A stretch of DNA of 64,000 nt from Balanoglossus misakiensis (GCA_040954595.2 CM082586.2:9951337-10015336), one strand, 5' to 3'; positions 24,729-40,070 are shown, numbered from the stretch's first letter. A program made the numbers and translations. The notes: a model not told the origin generated them from the letters alone.

Positions 24729-27700
24729 AATCACTAAACGTTGACACCGGGGTTTAAAATGCATACAGGGATACTAAAAGTTGACTGAAATCCCTGGGTT
24801 AATACGTGTCCAAAAGCAATTTTATTTGACATTGCTAATGCAACGATGACATTGAATCTGATTCTTTGCATTAGGGGGAATGGCGATGCAAGCTTGATGA
24901 TGCAGCCAGGTAGATAGTGATGCAAACACTTCACTTTGACATAGGTATTTAATGCATGTGCATGGGTATTTAATGTTGACTGTAAATCCCCAGGTTAATA
25001 CGTGGCCAAAAGCACTGTAATTTGACATTGCTAATGCTACCGTGACACTAAATCTGATTCTTGCATCAGGGTAAATTGTGAAGCAAGCTTGATGATGCAT
25101 CATGATAGATGGTGTTTCAAGCCCTTCACATTGACATTGGAATATAACGCATATGGGGATTTAAAGTTGATTGTATATCCTCAGGTTAATACGTGGCCAT
25201 AAGCACTGTAATTTGACATTGCTAATGCAACGATGATATTGAATCTGATTCTTTGCATCAGGGTAAATGGCGATGCAAGCTTGATGATGCATCCCGGTAG
25301 ATAGTGATGCAAACACTTCACTTTGACATGGGTATTTAATGCATGCGCATTGATATTTAAAGTTGACTCTAAATCCCGAGGTTAATACATGGCCAAAAGC
25401 ACTGTAATTTAAAATTACTAATGCAAGCGTGACATTGAATATGGATAAATGGTGAAGCAAACGTGATGATGCATCAGGATAGATGGTGTTTGAAGCCCTT
25501 CACATTGACTTTTGAATATAATGCATATGGGGATTTAAAGTTGATTGTAAATCCCTAGGTTAATACATGGCCAAAAGCACTTTTATTTGACATTGCTAAT
25601 GCAACGGTGACATTGAATCTGATTCTATGCATCAGGGTAAATGGCGATACAGGCTTGATGATGCATCACGGTAGATAGTGATGCAAACAGTTCACTCTGA
25701 CATGGGTATTAAATGCATATGGGGATTTCAAGTTGATTACAAATCCCTGGGTTAATACGCACCCAAAAGCACTGTAGTTTGACATTGCTAATGAAATGGT
25801 GACATTGAATCTGATTCTATGCATCAGGGTAAATGGCGATACAGGCTTGATGATGCATCACGGTAGATAGTGATGCAAACAGTTCACTCTGACATGGGTA
25901 TTAAATGCATATGGGGATTTCAAGTTGATTACAAATCCCTGGGTTAATACGCACCCAAAAGCACTGTAGTTTGACATTGCTAATGAAATGGTGACATTGA
26001 ATGTAATTCTTTGCATTAGGGGAAATGGCTAAAAGTTTAATGATGCATTGGAGTAGATGGTGATGCAAGCTATGCATTTTGACATAGGTATTTAATGCAT
26101 GTGCATGGGTATTTAATGTTGACTGTAAATCCCTAGGTTAATACATGTCCAAAAGCACTGTAATTTAAAATTGCTAATGCAAGGGTGACATTGAATCTGA
26201 TTCTTTGCATCAGGGCAAATTCTGAAGAATGCTTGATGATGCACCAGGGTCAATGGTGATGCAATCACTAAACTTTTACACCGGGGTTTAAAATGTATAC
26301 AGGGGGATTAAAAGTTGACTGTAAATCCCCAGGTTAATACAAGTCCAAAAGCACTTTAATTTGACATTGCTAATACAACGGTGACATTTAATCTGATTCT
26401 TTGCATCAGGGAAAATGGTGAAGCAAGCTTAATAATGCATCGGAGTAAATGGTGATGCAAGCTCTGCACTTTGACATAGGTATTAAATGTATATGCATGG
26501 GTATTTAAAGTTGTCCGTAAATCCCGAGGTTAATACGTGGCCATAGGCACTGTAATTTGACATTGCTAATGCTACCGTGATACTAAATCTGATTCTTTGC
26601 ATCAGGGTAAATTGTGAAGCAAGCTTGATGATGTATCATGATAGATGGTGTTTCAAGCCCTTCACATTGACATTGGAATATAACGCACATGGGGATTTAA
26701 AGTTGATTGTATGGCCAAAAGCACTGTAATTTGACATTGCTAATGCTACAGTGACATTGAATCTGATTCTTTGCATTAGGGCAAATGGCGAAGCAAGCTT
26801 GATGATGCATCACGGTAGATATTGATGCAAGCACTTCGCTTTGACATAGGTATAAAATTCATATGGGGATTTCAAGTTGATTATAAATCCCTGGGTTAAT
26901 ATGTGGCCGAAAGCACTTTTATTTGCCATTGCTAATGCTATGGTGACACTGATTATTTGCATCAGGGTTAATGGCGAAGCAGCTTGATGATGCATCAGGA
27001 TAGATGGTGATGCAAGCTCTGCACTTTGACATGAGGATTAAATGCATGCTGAGGGGGATTTAAAGTTGTCAAAACAAACTTGATGATGCATCAGGGTAGA
27101 AGGTATTTCAAGCCCTTCACATTGACATTGGAATATAACGCATATGGGGATTTAAAGTTGATTGTAAATCCCCAGGTTGATACGTGGCCATAAGCACTGT
27201 AGTTTGACATTGCTAATGCTACCGTGACATTAAATCTGATTCTTTCCATCGGGGTAAATTGTGAAGCAAGCTTGATGATGCATCAGGACAGATGGTGTTT
27301 CAAGCCCTTCACATTGACAATGGAATATAACGCATATGGGGATTGAAAATCCCTAGGTTAATACATGGCCAAAAGCACTGTAATTTAAAATTGCAAATGC
27401 AATGGTGACATTGAATGTCATTCTTTGCATTAGGGGAAATGGCGTAGCAAGCATAATGGTACATCAGAGTAGATGGTGATGCAAGCTCTGCACTTTGACA
27501 TAGATATTTAATGCATATGCATGGGTATTTAATGTCGACTGTAAATCCCCAGGTTAATATATGTCCAAAAGCACTGTAATTTAAAATTGCTAATGCAAGG
27601 GTGACATTGAATCTGATTCTTTGCATTATGGGGAATGGCGATGCAAACCTAATGATGCATCAGAGTAGATGGTGATGCAAGCTCTGCACTTTGACATAGG

Positions 27701-30700
27701 TATTTAATGTATATGCATGGGTATTTAAAGTTGTCTGTAAATTCCCAGGTTAATACGTGGCAATAAGCACTGTAATTTGACATTGCTAATGAAATGGTGA
27801 CGCTGAATGTGATTTTTTGCATCAGGGTAAATTGTGAAGCAAGCTTGATGATGCATCAGGATAGATGGTGTTTCAAGCCCTTCACTTGACATTGGAATAT
27901 AACGCATATGGGGATTTAAAGTTAATTGCAAATCCATAGGTTAATACATGGCCAAAAACACTGTAATTTAAAATTGCTAATGCAATGGTGACATTGAATG
28001 TGATTCTTTGCATTAGGGGAAATGGCGTAGCAAGCCTAATGGTGCATCAGAGTAAATGGTGATGCAAGCTCTACACTTTGACATAGGTATTTAATGGATA
28101 TGCATGGGTATTTAATGTTGACTGTAAATCCTCAGGTTAATACGTGGCCATAAGCACTGTAATTTGACATTGCTAATGCAACGGTGACATTGAATCTGAT
28201 TCTTTGCATAAGGGTGAATGGCGATGCAAGCTTGATGATGCATCACGGTAGATAGTGATGCAAACACTTCACTTTGACATGGGTATCAAATGCATATAGG
28301 GATTTGCTAATGCTACCATGACACTAAATCTGATTTTTTGCATCAGGGAAAATGGTGAAGCAAGCTTGATGATGCATCATGATAGATGGTGTTTCAAGCC
28401 CTTCACATTGACATTAGAATATAATGCATATGGGGATTTAAAGTTGATTGTAAATCCCCAGGTTAGTATACGGCCAAACGCACTATAATTTGACATTGCT
28501 AATGCAACAGTGACATTGAATCTGATTCTTTGCATTAGGGCAAATGGCGAAGCAAGCTTGATGATGCATCACGGTAGATATTGATGCAAGCACTTCGCTT
28601 TGACATAGGTATAAAATTCATATAGGGATTTCAAGTTGATTATAAATCCCTGGGTTAATATGTGGCCGAAAGCACTTTTATTTGCCATTGCTAATGCTAT
28701 GGCGACACTAAATCTGATTCTTTGCATCAGGGTAAATTGTGAAGAAAGCTTGATGATGCATCAGTATAGATGGTGTTTCAAGCCGTTCAAGTTAACATTG
28801 CAATATAATGCATATGGGGATTTGAAGTTGATTGTAAACCCGCAAGTTAATACATGGCCAAATGCTCAGTAATTTGACATTGCTGATGCTATGGTGACAC
28901 TGATTATTTGCATCAGGGTTAATGGCGAATCAAACTTGATGATGCATCAGGGTAGATGGTATTTCAAGCCCTTCACATTGACATTGGAATATAATGCATA
29001 TGGGGATTTAAAGTTGATTGTAAATCCCCAGGTTAATACATAGCCAAAAGCACTGTAATTTGACATGGCTAATGCTACTGTGATACTAAATCTGATTCTT
29101 TGCATCAGGGCATATAGCGAAGCATGCTTGGTGATGCATCAGGATCAATGGTGATGGAGACACTGCACTTTGACATGCGTATTTAATGCATATGCACAGA
29201 TGTTTAAAGTTGACTGTAAATCGCCAGGTTAATACGTGGCCAAAAGCACAGTAATTTGACATTGCGAATGCAACAGTGACATTTAATCTGATTCTTTGCA
29301 TTAAGGCAAATGGCGAAGCATGCTTGACGATGCATCACAGTAGATAGTGATGCAAACACTTCGCTTAGACATGGGTATAAAAAAGCATATAGGGATTTCA
29401 AATAGATTATAAATCCCTGTGTTAATACGTGTCCAAAAGCACTGTAATTTGACATTGCTTATGCAATGGTGACACTATATCTGATTCTTTGCATCAGGGC
29501 AAATGGCGAAGCAGCTTGATGATGCATCAGGATAGATGGTGATGCAAGCTCTGCACTTTGACATGGGGATTAAATGCATGCTGAGGGGGATTTAAAGTTG
29601 TCAAAACAAACTTGATGATGCATCAGGGTAGATGGTATTTCAAGCCCTTCACATTGACATTGGAATATAACGCATATGGGGATTTAAAGTTGATTGTAAA
29701 TCCCCAGGTTGATACGTGGCCATAAGCACTGTAGTTTGACATTGCTAATGCTACCATGACATTAAATCTGATTCTTTCCATCGGGGTAAATTGTGAAGCA
29801 AGCTTGATGATGCATCAGGACAGATGGTGTTTCAAGCCCTTCACATTGACAATGGAATATAACGCATATGGGGATTTAAAGTTGATTGAAAATCCCTAGG
29901 TTAATACATGGCCAAAAGCACTGTAATTTACAATTGCAAATGCAATGGTGACATTGAATGTCATTCTTTGCATTAGGGGAAATGGCGTAGCGAGCATAAT
30001 GGTGCATCAGAGTAGATGGTGATGTAAGCTATGCATTGTGACATAGGTATTTAATGCCTATGCATGGGTATTTAATGTTGACTGTAAATCCCCAGGTTAA
30101 TACATGTCCAAAAGCACTGTAATTTAAAATTGCTAATGCAAGGGTGATATTGAATCTGATTCTTTGCATCAGGGCAAATTCTGAAGAATGCTTGATGATG
30201 CACCAGGGTCAATGGTGATGCAATCACTAAACTTTGACACCGGGGTTTAAAATGTATACAGGGGGATTAAAAGTTGACTGTAAATCCCCAGGTTAATACA
30301 AGTCCAAAAGCACCGTAATTTGACATTGATAATACAACGGTGACATTTAAACTGATTCTTTGCATCAGGGCAAATGGTGAAGCAAGCTTAATAATGCATC
30401 GGAGTATATGGTGATGCAAGCTCTGCATTTTGACATAGGTATTAAATGTATATGCATGGGTATTTAAAGTTGTCTGTAAATCCCCAGGTTAATACGTGGC
30501 CATAATCACTGTAATTTGACATTGCTAATGCTACCGTGATACTAAATCTGATTCTTTGCATCAGGGTAAATTGTGAAGCAAGCTTGATGATGTATCATGA
30601 TAGATGGTGTTTCAAGCCCTTCACATTGACATTGGAATATAACGCATATGGGGATTTAAAGTTGATTGTAAATCCCCAGGTTAATACATGGCCAAAAGCA

Positions 30701-33700
30701 CTGTAATTTAAAATTGCTAATGCAATGGTGACATTGAATGTGATTCTTTGCATTAGGGGAAATGGCGTAGCAAGCCTAATGGTGCATCAGAGTAGATGGT
30801 GATGCAAGCTCTGCACTTTGACATAGGTATTTAATGCATATGCATGGGTATTTAACGTTGACTGTAAATCCTCAGGTTAATACGTGGCCATAAGCACTGT
30901 AATTTGACATTGCTAATGCAACGATGATATTGAATCTGAGTCTTTGCATCAGGGTAAATGGCGATGCAAGCTTGATGATGCATCTCAGTAGATAGTGATG
31001 CAAACACTTCACTTTGACATGGGTATTTAATGCATGCGCATTGATATTTAAAGTTGACTCTAAATCCCGAGGTTAATACATGGCCAAAAGCACTGTAATT
31101 TAAAATTACTAATGCAAGGGTGACATTGAATATGGATAAATGGTGAAGCAAACGTGATGATGCATCAGGATAGATGGTGTTCCAAGCCCTTCACATTGAC
31201 TTTTGAATATAATGCATATGGGGATTTAATGTTGACTGTAAATCCTCAGGTTAATACGTGGCCATAAGCACTGTAATTTGACATTGCTAATGCAACGATG
31301 ATATTGAATCTGAGTCTTTGCATCAGGGTAAATGGCGATGCAAGCTTGATGATGCATCTCAGTAGATAGTGATGCAAACACTTCACTTTGACATGGGTAT
31401 TTAATGCATGCGCATTGATATTTAAAGTTGACTCTAAATCCCGAGGTTAATACATGGCCAAAAGCACTGTAATTTAAAATTACTAATGCAAGGGTGACAT
31501 TGAATATGGATAAATGGTGAAGCAAACGTGATGATGCATCAGGATAGATGGTGTTCCAAGCCCTTCACATTGACTTTTGAATATAATGCATATGGGGATT
31601 TAAAGTTGATTGTAAATCCCTAGGTTAATAATGGCCAAAAGCACTTTTATTTGACATTGCTAATGCAACGGTGACATTGAATCTGATTCTATGCATAAGG
31701 GTAAATGGCGATGCAGGCTTGATGATGCATCACGGTAGATAGTGATGCAAACAGTTCACTTTGACATGGGTATTAAATGCATATGGGGATTTCAAGTTGA
31801 TTACAAATCCTTGGGTTAATACGCATCCAAATGCACTGTAATTTGACATTGCTAATGAAATGGTGACATTGAATGTAATTCTTTGCATTAGGGGAAATGG
31901 CTAAGCAAGCTTAATGATGCATTGGAGTAGATGGTGATGCAAGCTATGCATTTTGACATAGGTATTTAATGCATGTGCATGGGTATTTAATGTTGACTGT
32001 AAATCCCTAGGTTAATACATGTCCAAAAGCACTGTAATTTAAAATTGCTAATGCAAGGGTGACATTGAATCTGATTCTTTGCATCAGGGCAAATTCTGAA
32101 GAATGCTTGATGATGCACCAGGGTCAATGGTGATGCAATCACTAAACTTTGACACCGGGGTTTAAAATGTATACAGGGGGATTAAAAGTTGACTGTAAAT
32201 CCCTGGGTTAATACAAGTCCAAAAGCACTTTAATTTGACATTGCTAATACAACGGTGACATTTAATCTGATTCTTTGCATCAGGGAAAATGGCGAAGCAA
32301 GCTTAATAATGCATTGGAGTATATGGTGATGCAAGCTCTGCATTTTGACATAGGTATTAAATGTATATGCAAGGGTATTTAAAGTTGTCCGTACATCCCG
32401 AGGTTAATACGTGGCCATAGGCACTGTAATTTGACATTGCTAATGCTACCGTGATACTAAATCTGATTCTTTGCATCAGGGAAAATGGTGAAGCAAGCTT
32501 GATGATGCATCAGGATAGATGGTGTTTCAAGCCCTTCACATTGACATTAGAATATAATGCATATGGGGATTTAAAGTTGATTGTAAATCCCCAGGTTAGT
32601 ATACGGCCAAACGAACTGTAATTTGACATTGCTAATGCAAGGGTGACATTGAATCTGATTCTTTGCATTAGGGCAAATGGCGAAGCAAGCTTGATGATGC
32701 ATCACGGTAGATATTGATGCAAACACTTCGCTTTGACATGGGTATAAAATTCATATGGGGATTTCAAGTTGATTATAAATCCCTGGGTTAATATGTGGCC
32801 GAAAGCACTTTTATTTGCCATTGCTAATGCTATGGTGACACTGATTATTTGCATCAGGGTTAATGGCGAAACAAACTTGATGATGCATCAGGGTAGATGG
32901 TTTTTCAAGCCCTTCACATTGACATTGGAATATAATGCATATGGGGATTTAAAGTTGACTGTAAATCGCCAGGTTAATACGTGGCCAAAAGCACAGTAAT
33001 TTGACATTGCGAATGCAACAGTGACATTTAATGTGATTCTTTGCATTAGGGCAAATGGCGAAGCATGCTTGACGATGCATTACTGTAGATAGTGATGCAA
33101 ACACTTCGCTTTGACATGGGTATAAAAAGCATATGGGGATTTCAAGTTGATTATAAATCCCGATGTTTATACATGGCCAAAAGCACAGTAATTTGACATT
33201 GCTAATGCAATGGTGACATTGAATCTGATTCTTTGCATCAGCGTAAATGGCGAAGCATGCTTGATGATGCATCACAGTAGATAGTGATGCAAACACTTCG
33301 CTTAGACATGGGTATAAAAAGCATATAGGGATTTCAAGTAGATTATAAATCCCTGTGTTAATACGTGTCCAAAAGCACTGTAATTTGACATTGCTAATGC
33401 AATGTTGACACTATATCTGATTCTTTGCATCAGGGCAAATGGGGAAGCAGCTTGATGATGGATCAGGGTAGATGGTATTTCAAGCCCTTCACATTGACAT
33501 TGGAATATAACGCATATGGGGATATAAAGTTGATTGTAAATCCCCAGGTTGATACGTGGCCATAAGCACTGTAGTTTGACATTGCTAATGCTACCGTGAC
33601 ATTAAATCTGATTCTTTCCATCGGGGTAAATTGTGAAGCAAGCTTGATGATGCATCAGGACAGATGGTGTTTCAAGCCCTTCACATTGACAATGGAATAT

Positions 33701-36700
33701 AACGCATATGGGGATTTAAAGTTGATTGAAAATCCCTAGGTTAATACATGTCCAAAAGCACTGTAATTTAAAATTGCTAATGCAAGGGTGACATTGAATC
33801 TGATTCTTTGCATTAGGGGGAATGGCGATGCAAACCTAATGATGCATCAGAGTAGATGGTGATGCAAGCTCTGCACTTTGACATAGGTATTTAATGTATA
33901 TGCATGGGTATTTAAAGTTGTCTGTAAATTCCCAGGTTAATACGTGGCAATAAGCACTGTAATTTGACATTGCTAATGAAATGGTGACGCTGAATGTGAT
34001 TTTTTGCATCAGGGTAAATTGTGAAGCAAGCTTGATGATGCATCAGGATAGATGGTGTTTCAAGCCCTTCACTTGACATTGGAATATAACGCATATGGGG
34101 ATTTAAAGTTAATTGCAAATCCATAGGTTAATACATGGCCAAAAACACTGTAATTTAAAAATTGCTAATGCAATGGTGACATTGAATGTGATTCTTTGCA
34201 TTAGGGGAAATGGCGTAGCAAGCCTAATGGTGCATCAGAGTAAATGGTGATGCAAGCTCTGCACTTTGACATAGGTATTTAATGTATATGCATGGGTATT
34301 TAAAGTTGTCTGTAAATTCCCAGGTTAATACGTGGCAATAAGCACTGTAATTTGACATTGCTAATGAAATGGTGACGCTGAATGTGATTTTTTGCATCAG
34401 GGTAAATTGTGAAGCAAGCTTGATGATGCATCAGGATAGATGGTGTTTCAAGCCCTTCACTTGACATTGGAATATAACGCATATGGGGATTTAAAGTTAA
34501 TTGCAAATCCATAGGTTAATACATGGCCAAAAACACTGTAATTTAAAATTGCTAATGCAATGGTGACATTGAATGTGATTCTTTGCATTAGGGGAAATGG
34601 CGTAGCAAGCCTAATGGTGCATCAGAGTAAATGGTGATGCAAGCTCTGCACTTTGACATAGGTATTTAATGGATATGCATGGGTATTTAATGTTGACTGT
34701 AAATCCTCAGGTTAATACGTGGCCATAAGCACTGTAATTTGACATTGCTAATGCAACGGTGACATTGAATCTGATTCTTTGCATAAGGGTGAATGGCGAT
34801 GCAAGCTTGATGATGCATCACGGTAGATAGTGATGCAAACACTTCACTTTGACATGGGTATCAAATGCATATGGGGATTTGCTAATGCTACCATGACACT
34901 AAATCTGATTTTTTGCATCAGGGAAAATGGTGAAGCAAGCTTGATGATGCATCATGATAGATGGTGTTTCAAGCCCTTCACATTGACATTGGAATATAAC
35001 GCATATGGGGATTTAAAGTTGATTGTAAATCCCCAGGTTGATACGTGGCCATAAGCACTGTAGTTTGACATTGCTAATGCTACCGTGACATTAAATCTGA
35101 TTCTTTCCATCGGGGTAAATTGTGAAGCAAGCTTGATGATGCATCAGGACAGATGGTGTTTCAAGCCCTTCACATTGACAATGGAATATAACGCATATGG
35201 GGATTTAAAGTTGATTGAAAATCCCTAGGTTAATACATGGCCAAAAGCACTGTAATTTACAATTGCAAATGCAATGGTGACATTGAATGTCATTCTTTGC
35301 ATTAGGGGAAATGGCGTAGCGAGCATAATGGTGCATCAGAGTAGATGGTGATGCAAGCTATGCATTGTGACATAGGTATTTAATGCCTATGCATGGGTAT
35401 TTAATGTTGACTGTAAATCCCCAGGTTAATACATGTCCAAAAGCACTGTAATTTAAAATTGCTAATGCAAGGGTGATATTGAATCTGATTCTTTGCATCA
35501 GGGCAAATTCTGAAGAATGCTTGATGATGCACCAGGGTCAATGATGATGCAATCACTAAACTTTGACACCGGGGTTTAAAATGTATACAGGGGGATTAAA
35601 AGTTGACTGTAAATCCCCAGGTTTCAAGCCCTTCACATTGACATTGGAATATAACGCATACGGGGATTTAAAGTTGATTATAAATCCCCAGGTTAATACA
35701 TGGCCAAAAGCAATGGTGACATTGAATGTGATTCTTTGCATTAGGGGAAATGGCGTAGCAAGCCTAATGGTGCATCAGAGTAGATGGTGATGCAAGCTCT
35801 GCATTTTGACATAGGTATTAAATGTATATGCAAGGGTATTTAAAGTTGTCCGTACATCCCGAGGTTAATACGTGGCCATAGGCACTGTAATTTGACATTG
35901 CTAATGCTACCGTGATACTAAATCTGATTCTTTGCATCAGGGAAAATGGTGAAGCAAGCTTGATGATGCATCAGGATAGATGGTGTTTCAAGCCCTTCAC
36001 ATTGACATTAGAATATAATGCATATGGGGATTTAAAGTTGATTGTAAATCCCCAGGTTAGTAAACGGCCAAACGAACTGTAATTTGGCATTGCTAATGCT
36101 ACAGTGACATTGAATCTGATTCTTTGCATTAGGGCAAATGGCGAAGCAAGCTTGATGATGCATCACGGTAGATATTGATGCAAGCACTTCGCTTTGACAT
36201 AGGTATAAAATTCATATGGGGATTTCAAGTTGATTATAAATCCCTGGGTTAATATGTGGCCGAAAGCACTTTTATTTGCCATTGCTAATGCTATGGTGAC
36301 ACTGATTATTTGCATCAGGGTTAATGGCGAAACAAACTTGATGATGCATCAGGGTAGATGGTTTTTCAAGCCCTTCACATTGACATTGGAATATGATGCA
36401 TATGGGGATTTAAAGTTGACTGTAAATCGCCAGGTTAATACGTGGCCAAAAGCACAGTAATTTGACATTGCGAATGCAACAGTGACATTTAATGTGATTC
36501 TTTGCATTAGGGCAAATGGCGAAGCATGCTTGACGATGCATTACTGTAGATAGTGATGCAAACACTTCGCTTTGACATGGGTATAAAAAGCATATGGGGA
36601 TTTCAAGTTGATAATAAATCCCGATGTTTATACATGGCCAAAAGCACTGTAATTTGACATTGCTAATGCAATGGTGACATTGAATCTGATTCTTTGCATC

Positions 36701-39299
36701 AGCGTAAATGGCGAAGCATGCTTGATGATGCATCACAGTAGATAGTGATGCAAACACTTCGCTTAGACATGGGTATAAAAAGCATATAGGGATTTCAAGT
36801 AGATTATAAATCCCTGTGTTAATACGTGTCCAAAAGCACTGTAATTTGACATTGCTAATGCCATGTTGACATTATATCTGATTCTTTGCATCAGGGCAAA
36901 TGGGGAAGCAGCTTGATGATGGATCAGGGTAGATGGTATTTCAAGCCCTTCACATTGACATTGGAATATAACGCATATGGGGATTTAAAGTTGATTGTAA
37001 ATCCCCAGGTTAATACGTGGCCATAATCACTGTAATTTGACATTGCTAATGAAATGGTGACGCTGAATGTGATTTTTTTGCATCAGGGTAAATTGTGAAG
37101 CAAGCTTGATGATGCATCAGGATAGATGGTGTTTCAAGCCCTTCACTTGACATTGGAATATAACGCATATGGGGATTTAAAGTTAATTGCAAATCCCTAG
37201 GTTAATACATGGCCAAAAACACTGTAATTTAAAATTGCTAATGCAATGGTGACATTGAATGTGATTCTTTGCATCAGGGCAAATGGCGAAGCAGCTTGAT
37301 GATGCATCAGGATAGATGGTGATGCAAGCTCTGCACTTTGACATAGGTATTTAATGCATATGCATTGGTATTTAAAGTTGTCTGTAAATTCCCAGGTTAA
37401 TACGTGGCCATAAGCACTGTAATTTGACATTGCTAATGCAACGATGATATTGAATCTGATTCTTTGCATCAGGGTAAATGGCGATGCAAGCTTGATGATG
37501 CATCACGGTAGATAGGGATGCAAACACTTCACTTTGACGTGGGTGTTAAATGCATATGGGGATTTGCTAATGCTACCGTGACACTAAATCTGATTCTTTG
37601 CATCAGGGAAAATGGTGAAGCAAGCTTGATGATGCATCAGGATAGATGGTGTTTCAAGCCCTTCACATTGACATTAGAATATAATGCATATGGGGATTTA
37701 AAGTTGATTGTAAATCCCCAGGTTAGTATACGGCCAAACGAACTGTAATTTGACATTGCTAATGCTACAGTGACATTGAATCTGATTCTTTGCATTAGGG
37801 CAAATGGCGAAGCAAGCTTGATGATGCATCACGGTAGATATTGATGCAAGCACTTCGCTTTGACATGGGTATAAAATTCATATGGGGATTTCAAGTTGAT
37901 TATAAATCCCTGGGTTAATATGTGGCCGAAAACACTTTTATTTGCCATTGCTAATGCTATGGCGACACTAAATCTGATTCTTTGCATCAGGGTAAATTGT
38001 AAAGAAAGCTTGATGATGCATCAGTATAGATGGTGTTTCAAGCCGTTCAAGTTAACATTGCAATATAATGCATATGGGGATTTAAAGTTGATTGTAAACC
38101 CCCAAGTTAATACATGGCCAAACGCTCAGTAAATTGACATTGCTAATGCTATGGTGACACTGATTATTTGCATCAGGGTTAATGGCGAAACAAACTTGAT
38201 GATGCATCAGGGTAGATGGTATTTCAAGCCCTTCACATTGACATTGGCATATAATGCATATGGGGATTTAAAGTTGAGTGTAAATCCCTAGGTTAATACA
38301 TAGCCAAAAGCACTGTAATTTGACATGGCTAATGCTACTGTGATACTAAATCTGATTCTTTGCACCAGGGCATATAACGAAGCATGCTTGATGATGCATC
38401 AGGATCAATGGTGATGGAGACACTGCACTTTGACATGTGTATTTAATGCATATGCACTGATGTTTAAAGTTGACTGTAAATCGCCAGGTTAATATGTGGC
38501 CAAAAGCACAGTAATTTGACATTGCGAATGCAATGGTGACATTGAATCTGATTCTTTGCATTACGGCAAATGGCGAAGCATGCTTGACGATGCATTACTG
38601 TAGATAGTGATGCAAACACTTCGCTTTGACATGGGTATAAAAAGCATATGGGGATTTCAAGTTGATTATAAATCCCGATGTTAATACATGGCCAAAAGCA
38701 GTGTAATTTGACATTGCTAATGCAATGGTGACACTATATCTGATTCTTTGCATCAGGGCAAATGGCGAAGCAGCTTGATGATGCATCAGGATAGATGGTG
38801 ATGCAAGCTCTGCACTTTGACATGGGTATAAAATGCTTGCTGAGGGGGATTTAAAGTTGTCGAAACAAACTTGATGATGCATCAGGGTAGATGGTATTTC
38901 AAGCCCTTCACATTGACATTGGAATATAGTGCATATGGGGATTTAAAGTTGATTGTAAATCCCCAGGTTAATACCTGGCCAAAAGCACTGTAATTTGACA
39001 TTGCTAATGCAATGGTGACACTATATCTGATTCTTTGCATCAGGGCAAATGGCGAAGCAGCTTGATGATGCATCAGGATAGATGGTGATGCAAGCTCTGC
39101 ACTTTGACATGGGTATAAAATGCTTGCTGAAGGGGATTTAAAGTTGTCGAAACAAACTTGATGATGCATCAGGGTAGATGGTATTTCAAGCCCTTCACAT
39201 TGACATTGGAATATGGTGCATATGTGGATTTAAAGTTGATTGTAAATCCCCAGGTTAATACGTGGCCAAAAGCACTGTAATTTGACATTTCTAATGATG
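24729..39299. repeat. Large satellite array, ~192-196-bp monomers (~75-80 copies) in several variant types
   Basis: ggttaata marker at 24797, 24993, 25184, 25380; conserved aagcactgtaatttgacattgctaatgc, ttgaatctgattctttgcat, aagcttgatgatgcatca throughout. Confidence 0.97.
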
Positions 39300-39434
39300 G
39301 TGAGATGTTGTTTGCTCCCCAGGGAGTTGAATGGAATAGTAAGGTCCAACGACCTAGGTCAAATTACCATGGGACAACTTTAAAGCATGTTGAGATTTAA
39401 TGTGCTACATAAGTTATAAATATTATATTAATAT
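39300..39434 (+). mobile_element. 3' fragment of the tRNA-derived SINE, fused to the satellite end
   Basis: tgttgtttgctcccca.ggag...aggtccaacgacctaggtcaaattaccatggga...tgtgcta.ataag matches ~41220-41371. Confidence 0.85.
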
Positions 39435-40070
39435 TTAGGGGTTATTACACGAATTTTGGTCGATAACGCGTCGTATTCGAGTGATGTCCGTATTTTGATG
39501 AGTTGCGCTTCGCAACGAGTCAAAATACAGACATCACGAGAATGCGTCGCGTTATCGACCAAAATTCGTGTAATAACCTCTTTATCATACATGCCTACCT
39601 ATAAAACAGTACGATTTGCAGAAATGCGCCGAGAAAAATAATTTCAAATTTGAACCGGGCGCTGGGATCACGGCAGTAGCCATGTTGTGACGTATGACGT
39701 GTGGGCCGTAGTATCATTTTAAGGGGGTTGGCAGCTTTCATTACGATGGGCACATCCACATTCTAAATAAAATTGTCTACGTTCTCTTTCAAAATATCAT
39801 GTTAACAATTATTTTGCATTGAGAATTTCGAAGAACTAAAACTGATGCATTCAACATGACAAAACCGCCAGCTTTGAAAACTTTATTACAGCTTCTAATA
39901 ACCGAATTTTACAACACCCCTCTCCACTATGCCCCGTGTGTCGCTCGCGCGCGCAGTGAACTGTCACGCCGAGACGTGGACGCGATATTTTCACATTGTG
40001 AAATACCGTAAAATATCTTCGGGGCGAGAACAATAGAAAGTGTTAAATACAGGCGTTGCATGTATGATAA
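39435..40070. mobile_element. 636-bp non-autonomous element with a 145-nt terminal hairpin and asymmetric inverted repeats (Crypton- or Helitron2-like, unassigned)
   Basis: Hairpin 39437-39581; ttatcatacatgc (39582-39594) is the exact reverse complement of gcatgtatgataa (40058-40070); empty site attatattaatat|tattacataa at ~42061-42083 and ~55994-56016; no TSD. Confidence 0.85.

Noticed and set aside
24734-39169. Many Cys/His-rich ORFs (MHHQAC...)
   Set aside because: By-products of the satellite; monomer lengths are not consistently multiples of 3
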